Source: an uncultured delta proteobacterium | GTDB taxonomy: Bacteria; Desulfobacterota; Binatia; UBA9968 | Assembly: GCA_963745835.1 (NCBI GenBank) | Contig: CAVUZH010000018.1 | Location: 416,001-480,000 of the forward strand | Length of the DNA stretch: 64,000 nt | Direction of reading: 5' to 3' | Part shown: positions 58,574 to 64,000 of the stretch, one piece after another | Layout: every line of letters begins with the position of its first letter | How positions within the stretch are numbered: the stretch's first letter is position 1 | The notes under the pieces: model-generated | The model's database searches: none | The model's input: the letters and a program-made list of their open reading frames with translations, nothing else | Told to the model about the DNA's origin: nothing | Program-made: the position numbers and the translations under genes

Positions 58574-59430
58574 TTCTGTTTGCGTGCCAGCAGCGCGTTT
58601 ATATCGGGCGTCTGCATCCCTTCCTTCAGCAGATTACATGTGCCCTTTTCCAGAATCTCTTGAGCCAATCGCCGGGTGGCGGTGATCGCAGCCTTGGTGA
58701 AGCCCGATCCGTAGCTGACCCGCGCCACGCCCAGGTCTTGTAGTTGTTGAACGCTGGGCGACTGCGGGCCGGCGAGGATACTGATCGGCGCCTTAACCTC
58801 TTTGGCTAAGCGCCCGATAATCTCGGCCGAATGGAGGAAGAGGTAAAAAATGCAGTCGGCTCCCGCTTCGGCGTAGGCATTGCCGCGTTCGATCGCTTCA
58901 TCAACCGCTTTCTTTGGGTTGTCGGTGATCACGTGGAAGGAATCGACACGGGCATTGAGAAAAAACTCGCTGCCCAATTCGCGTTTGACGTCGATGACTG
59001 CTTTGATCTTGCGCAGTTGTTCCGAGATCTCGACCAATCCGCCTTTTCCTTTCGCCGCGCCGTCTTCGAGATTCATGCCGGCGACACCCCGCGCCACCAA
59101 CCCACGCACCGTATCCCTTACGCCGTTCTCGTCACCGTAGCCCCTCTCACCGTCGGCATTGAACGGGACGTTCACGGCCGCCGCGAAATTGCCGCTTAGC
59201 TCAATAAACTGATCGCGGCGCATCGCTTCACCATCCAAATAACCGACAGCCGCAGCGATGCCGCCGCTGGTGCCCTGAATCGCCTTGAAACCCATTTGCG
59301 CGAATAGCAGCGCGCTGAGAACGTCATAGGCCCCCGGCATGATGAGAATTTCCGGCGCGCGCACCAGTTCCCTGAGTCTGCGGCTTTTTTCGTTCGCTGT
59401 GGTTAGTGTTGAAGCTGGAATTGCCTCCAT
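58570..59430 (-). CDS. Isocitrate lyase/PEP mutase family protein
   Basis: MPGAYDVLSA, ADGERGYG, GMNLED, LNARVD, YAEAGADCI. Confidence 0.88.
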   Translation of the reverse strand: MEAIPASTLTTANEKSRRLRELVRAPEILIMPGAYDVLSALLFAQMGFKAIQGTSGGIAAAVGYLDGEAMRRDQFIELSGNFAAAVNVPFNADGERGYGDENGVRDTVRGLVARGVAGMNLEDGAAKGKGGLVEISEQLRKIKAVIDVKRELGSEFFLNARVDSFHVITDNPKKAVDEAIERGNAYAEAGADCIFYLFLHSAEIIGRLAKEVKAPISILAGPQSPSVQQLQDLGVARVSYGSGFTKAAITATRRLAQEILEKGTCNLLKEGMQTPDINALLARKQN

Positions 59431-59712
59431 GCTGATCCTCCTTCTAACGATTTAAAACGGCATGAACAATTTGAACGCCTAATTGATGATTCGCATCCTA
59501 AGTCGGAACAACACATTCTCGCAAGAGGCAGAGAGCTACTGTCAACTCGTTTGCAGAGTTGTTCGATCTCGCGCGAGTTCTGCGCGCAGTTCTTTTTTCT
59601 TGTGCTCATGACCTGCGGATATTTCGCACGTAGGTAATTCGTTGCTCGTCCGGTTATATTAGTCCGGCGAACGGGAACGTGATTACCGTTAGTTTACGAG
59701 TTTGTTCGAGCG

Positions 59713-59742
59713 TTGACATGCGATAAAGCTATCGGATAGGTT
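59713..59742 (+). promoter_or_regulatory. Candidate sigma70 promoter for the VOC gene, with an inverted repeat in the spacer
   Basis: TTGACA-N18-TAGGTT; spacer contains CGATA-AAGC-TATCG. Confidence 0.45.
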
Positions 59743-59787
59743 TTCAGACTAAGGATCGGACTGACTTAAAGATAAAGGAGGCCGCCG

Positions 59788-60258
59788 ATGTCGAAGATCA
59801 GAGGGATAAGCCACGTTGTGCTCTACGTCAATGACCTGGACAGAATGGTCGCTTTCTACCGTGACATGCTCGGGCTGATCGAGTATCGGGAGAACCCCGG
59901 TCGAATGGTTTTCCTAACCCCGGATCCGGACATCGACGACCACCAAATCGCACTGGCTAAAGGACGAGAAGGCGACGCCAAGCTCATCGGTCACATCGCG
60001 TGGAGCGTCGATAGCCCCGCCGACGTCAAGGCATTCTATGAGAAGTTCAAGGCCGCAGGAGTGCCCATCGATCACTGTGTCAGTCATGCATACCAGGAAA
60101 TGGGAAATACCGTCTCCTGTTATTTCCTTGATCCGGAAGGCAACTGTCTAGAGATCTATGCTCTCGTGGCGGAGCGCGACCAGGCGCGCATCAATCGGCC
60201 TCTCGATTTAGACAAGAGCGTGGATGAGATTGTCGCCCAGGCCAGCGGGCTCGGCTAA
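59788..60258 (+). CDS. VOC/glyoxalase family protein
   Basis: AAGGAGG RBS; SHVVLYV, HQIAL, HIAW, YFLDPEGNCLE. Confidence 0.88.
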   Translation: MSKIRGISHVVLYVNDLDRMVAFYRDMLGLIEYRENPGRMVFLTPDPDIDDHQIALAKGREGDAKLIGHIAWSVDSPADVKAFYEKFKAAGVPIDHCVSHAYQEMGNTVSCYFLDPEGNCLEIYALVAERDQARINRPLDLDKSVDEIVAQASGLG

Positions 60259-60448
60259 GGTTCAGCATTGCTATTCCAATTTCAAAACTGTCATTACGCA
60301 CGCCGGCTCTATCCGACTTTGAATAGCGAGCATGCGCGAGCGGTTGAACGGTTGAACCTTGAACAAATTGCCGGCCCTTGAACGAACACTGATCTTGGAT
60401 CCAGACTTTATTTGAGGTAACTAAAGATCAGGAAGGGATTTAAGCCTG

Positions 60449-60769
60449 ATGAAACAGACCTGCTTTGTCTGCCAAAACGTTGATTGCCAGAGCCGGGGCT
60501 CTGAAGAGCTCATGAAGGAGCTCACCACTGAGGTGGCGGCAAAATCCATTGATGCCGAGGTTAAGTCATACATCTGCTTCGGCGGCTGTGATATCGGACC
60601 TAACATTGTCGTCCATCCGCAAAAAGTCTGGTATGCCGGCGTAACGAAAGAGGATGTGCCGGAGATAGTCGCTGCCCTAGCAAGCGGCGCCACGGTTACA
60701 CGGCTCGACAGCGCAGACCCGGCGTTGAAAGAGATCGTATTTTCGCTTCTGGATGCCGGGGTGTTTTAA
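60449..60769 (+). CDS. Thioredoxin-like [2Fe-2S] ferredoxin
   Basis: VCQNVDC...CFGGCDIGPNIVVHP...WY. Confidence 0.85.
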   Translation: MKQTCFVCQNVDCQSRGSEELMKELTTEVAAKSIDAEVKSYICFGGCDIGPNIVVHPQKVWYAGVTKEDVPEIVAALASGATVTRLDSADPALKEIVFSLLDAGVF

Positions 60770-60973
60770 AGGGCTTCCCGCCTCAGCGCCGAGCAGATGG
60801 CGGCTCACAGCTACCATCATCGTGCCGGCAGGAACGATCGAAACCTTGCTCTTTCTCTGATTATCGCTAGGGTCGGATCTATGCGATGAGATTCCCCGCT
60901 CGAATACCATCAGATTTGTTTCAGGCCGAGTAACCTCTGTTTCCGCCATGCAGGAAGGCCCGCCGCCTCACGT

Positions 60974-61636
60974 CTATTGACAGAGGTATTGTGTAAACTC
61001 GCGCTCTGGACTGCCCCCATCCGCTGTGACCAGAAAGTTGCCGTCGGACTCGCGCACCACAATCACGCCGTAAGTGTGGAGCCCAAGTCTCGCAGCATGG
61101 CGCTTTGCGGCGTCCCAGACATCCTCGAGGCGTTCGACACGCAATGGAGTTCGGCTCGCGAGTCTCTGCCGCGCGTCTTGCCGGAGCCGCACGAGGTGGA
61201 TATGAAGATGATCCTGAGAGCGCAGGGAAGCTGGATTGACTACGAGCCCGATTCCCGTCTCTTCAGGAATCCGCTGGCGAGCGACTGCCCAGGCAAACGG
61301 CCAGATGCCCGCGGGCCGCTGGCTATCTTCGACACCGGAGACGGCTACCCGTGCCATCGCCAAGCCGTGCACAAAACCCGCCGGACACCCGCACATTTTG
61401 ATATCGCGGATGGCCACGTAATCGTCCGTCTGTGCCCAAACCTCCGAGGTCCGGCTACACTCGTCATTCATCGCGCATTGACCAGACAAGGGAGCAGGGC
61501 ACCGGACACAGTAGTCAGGTATTGAGGAGTCGAGGCAGTGGGCCACAATCTCATAGAGTATGTTCCGTGAGGGTTGCCCGGCCACACCGCTATGGGACCC
61601 CATCGCTAGAAAGATAATCAAAAGGATCACTAACAT
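60974..61636 (-). CDS. CDP-diacylglycerol pyrophosphatase (Cdh)-like HIT protein, exported
   Basis: Signal peptide; VSGVED, RSQDHLHIH HIT motif. Confidence 0.7.
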   Translation of the reverse strand: MLVILLIIFLAMGSHSGVAGQPSRNILYEIVAHCLDSSIPDYCVRCPAPLSGQCAMNDECSRTSEVWAQTDDYVAIRDIKMCGCPAGFVHGLAMARVAVSGVEDSQRPAGIWPFAWAVARQRIPEETGIGLVVNPASLRSQDHLHIHLVRLRQDARQRLASRTPLRVERLEDVWDAAKRHAARLGLHTYGVIVVRESDGNFLVTADGGSPEREFTQYLCQ

Positions 61637-62223
61637 ACCCGCTCTCCCCTTCACTCTGACGACACAGTCGCTCAATTCGAAGCATCTGCTTTCAATAATC
61701 CATCATCAAACCTGGCATGAGACGCTCACAACATTAATGGGCAGCTAAGTTTCGATCCGCAATTCATATTCTACTAGAACACATAGGAAGGGTAACGCCG
61801 GATCTGGCTTTTTATTCTTAAGAATCTTTTAGGGGAGTTTCCGTAATCTCAACCTTGCGCGTTTCGACAATGAGAGAATAGTGTCTGACATAGGCTATTG
61901 TTATAACTTTAGGACAGATCAAAAAGTTCGCCTGACACCGACCTCATTCCCTGGATTTGCAGATGATCGTAGGCGCGGAAAAGCCCATTAATAGGTGGTA
62001 ACTGAAAAAGACATCAGCTAATAGGCAAAGTAGCGGAAGACATCTAAGTATCCAGCGACGGTCGGATGCTGTTCATCAGAACAGGAGAGCTGGAGTTTTG
62101 CCAGTTGCCGTGTCGTCGATTCTACCTTTTTTTAGCGCTTCACCTGATGGTATTCAACAAAGTATGCCAGTAGGAACAATTCTCGGGATGTCTCAGCGCG
62201 TAACCAGAATCAAACCGAAAGGC

Positions 62224-62934
62224 ATGAACCTCCTGCTCCTTCGCATTGCACTCGTCGGTGCTTTCATATCAGTTACCGTAGTCTCCTCGTTTGCAGGTCA
62301 TCCACTGATGAACGATGACGCTCGTACCGTCGATGCAAAGGCGTGTCAGATTGAATCCTGGATGGAACTTCGTTCGGATAGCGCAACCTATTGGATCCTT
62401 CCGGCCTGCAATTTCACAGGAAATCTCGAGCTAACTGTGGGAGGCGCATGGACGCATGAAGCCCACAGCACACGGAACAGCCAAGTAGTGCTTCAAGGGA
62501 AATCTATCTTCAAGTCATTGGATACGAATGGGTGGGGTCTTGGAATAGCTGCTGGTACGCTATGGTATCCTAAAGGCAAGTCAAACAATCGGCCATATGG
62601 CCTCTACGCTTATCTCCCGGCTAGCTTTTCGTTCAAGGACGATAGAATCATCATTCACGGCAACCTCGGTTGGACGCGTGAAAGTGCAGAGCGGGTGAAT
62701 CACTTACAATGGGGGTTAGCTACCGAAGCGGAAGTCATAAAGCCTTTGTCCTTATTCGCTGAAGTCTTCGGACAAGAACGAGGTCATCCCTCCTTTCAAC
62801 TCGGATTCTGGTATTGGATCGTATCTGAACGGGTGCAGGTAAACGCCGCCTACGGGAATCGCTTCGGAACTGGCGGAGGTGCAAACTGGTTTTCGGTAGG
62901 GGTTAATTTATTTAGCGTACCGTTTTTACCGTGA
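62224..62934 (+). CDS. Exported beta-rich protein, probable outer-membrane barrel
   Basis: Signal peptide ending in SFA; HPLMNDDARTVDAKACQIESW; amphipathic beta strands. Confidence 0.6.
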   Translation: MNLLLLRIALVGAFISVTVVSSFAGHPLMNDDARTVDAKACQIESWMELRSDSATYWILPACNFTGNLELTVGGAWTHEAHSTRNSQVVLQGKSIFKSLDTNGWGLGIAAGTLWYPKGKSNNRPYGLYAYLPASFSFKDDRIIIHGNLGWTRESAERVNHLQWGLATEAEVIKPLSLFAEVFGQERGHPSFQLGFWYWIVSERVQVNAAYGNRFGTGGGANWFSVGVNLFSVPFLP

Positions 62935-63412
62935 CTGAATTGGGGCACGCCTGACAAGTTTGGCCGCCTGCATTTGATAAATATGCTGAGAGTGACGACG
63001 ACGAGGATAAGCCCATCGCGTAGTCACTGAACAAAGAATTTCGTAGGTCCTTCTAAGTTATTCGAGCTGCGAAGAAAATCAGTACGACTGTATCATTTGA
63101 GAATTAGTTAAAAAGCCGGCACGCTGTGGCCGCTCGGCCGTGCCGCTCCTGGATCACAAGGCGCGGTTCACGCGCGACACAGTCACAATGGAATGGTCCG
63201 CTATGGCGCTGTTCGAAATTACACTCACTACTCTGAAGAAGTGTCTACGGAACCGCCGAGGTCGGCCGTAGGAGGCGCGTGTTTGGTGTAGGGTTTTCGA
63301 TCTTTGCCCACATTTCCTTGAGGCTTCTGCCTCGATGATCATTTCATCTCGTCAGGCGTCATGCCTATGCAGACTCAGCCAATTCGCATTTATCACAAGT
63401 ACAGAAGGACGG

Positions 63413-64000
63413 TTAGGGACGCATCCTAGGGTTCCTAAGTTCTTCGCCTATCACTAGTTTTCTGATGGCAATCTCAATTAGGAACAGGGCCAACAGAATA
63501 ACGATTATCGTATTCCTTAACGGCTGTTCAGTTCTTATCGAGATTTGTTTTTCCTGGGTCTCAATGGATCTTGGGTTAATTTCGCCGCCGCTGATCTGGG
63601 CCAGCTTGGTAAGCAACGGCAAGTTTACGTCGGGACGTGGCAACTCACGCTTGGGATCGTAAGTGGAGGTAAAGCCCACCGGGGGGTATGCGATTTTGCG
63701 GCCCCTTCGGTCTTCGGTGAGGTCGATCCGGTGTTCGCCAGGTGCCAACATCGGCAAGACAGCCTGAAAATGACCGGGAGCAATTTTTTTGAGTGTTCCA
63801 TCGGTCTTAGTTCCGTTTCCACTTGCGGCGAAGCGAAACTGGCTCTCTAAACCCGTGTCCTCAAATATATAGAGATCCAATACGGGCTGGGAACCGGCTA
63901 AGACTGATCCTCGTTTCGTGGACAGGTGTGGGGGTATCGGTGCTCGGTCGGATCCACTCCAGGATCTTTTCCCAAAAATCCGGCAAGCTTCCCCATTGAA
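63413..64000 (-). CDS. C-terminal part of a large membrane-anchored protein, 5'-truncated by window edge
   Basis: NLPLLTKLAQISGG and a C-terminal TM ending in EIAIRK, a tail pattern seen in VWA-domain proteins. Confidence 0.5.
   Translation of the reverse strand, partial: FNGEACRIFGKRSWSGSDRAPIPPHLSTKRGSVLAGSQPVLDLYIFEDTGLESQFRFAASGNGTKTDGTLKKIAPGHFQAVLPMLAPGEHRIDLTEDRRGRKIAYPPVGFTSTYDPKRELPRPDVNLPLLTKLAQISGGEINPRSIETQEKQISIRTEQPLRNTIIVILLALFLIEIAIRKLVIGEELRNPRMRP

Noticed and set aside
60341-60385. TTGAAC periodic repeat
   Set aside because: Only one clear arm, so it was not counted among the periodic hairpins.
61740-62100. Riboswitch or ncRNA in the AT-rich intergenic region
   Set aside because: No recognisable consensus or convincing stems by eye; an Rfam scan would be needed.

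Overview
A 64-kb, moderately GC-rich bacterial window, almost entirely on the + strand up to about 57.9 kb. Its gene style suggests an uncultured deltaproteobacterial-grade lineage such as Ca. Binatota (inference only). The first ~22 kb is an anaerobic respiration supercluster: the 3' end of nrfA; a selenocysteine formate dehydrogenase (UGA 1573-1575 plus SECIS) with HybA/HybB-type partners and a diheme cytochrome; a P. stutzeri NirB/NirT/NirM-like cytochrome module; and Wolinella-type frdC-frdA-(fumC)-frdB with a DASS transporter, a Popeye-like membrane protein and aspA. From 22 to 57 kb are stress, ion, sugar and envelope genes: Cax, a K+ channel, zwf, GH63, SemiSWEET, GH13, USP, patatin, YdiK, three SYLF/Ysc84 proteins in total, an AsmA-like protein, a ClsC-like PLD, an AraC regulator and an orphan PstS. 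The strongest unexplained signal is a 20-bp palindrome, TATTGGAC-N4-GTCCAATA. It occurs nine times, always intergenic and upstream of + strand genes, from 741 to 51562, and points to an undescribed regulon joining respiration and envelope/stress genes. Other notable signals are repeated copies of the 3' end of the diheme cytochrome gene that delimit gene cassettes, gene-less hairpins built from 7/8/9-bp periodic repeats, and a 218-bp MITE-like element. Fourteen frameshifts are all +1, which points to sequencing error rather than pseudogenisation. No rRNA, tRNA, CRISPR array, transposase or integrase was seen.
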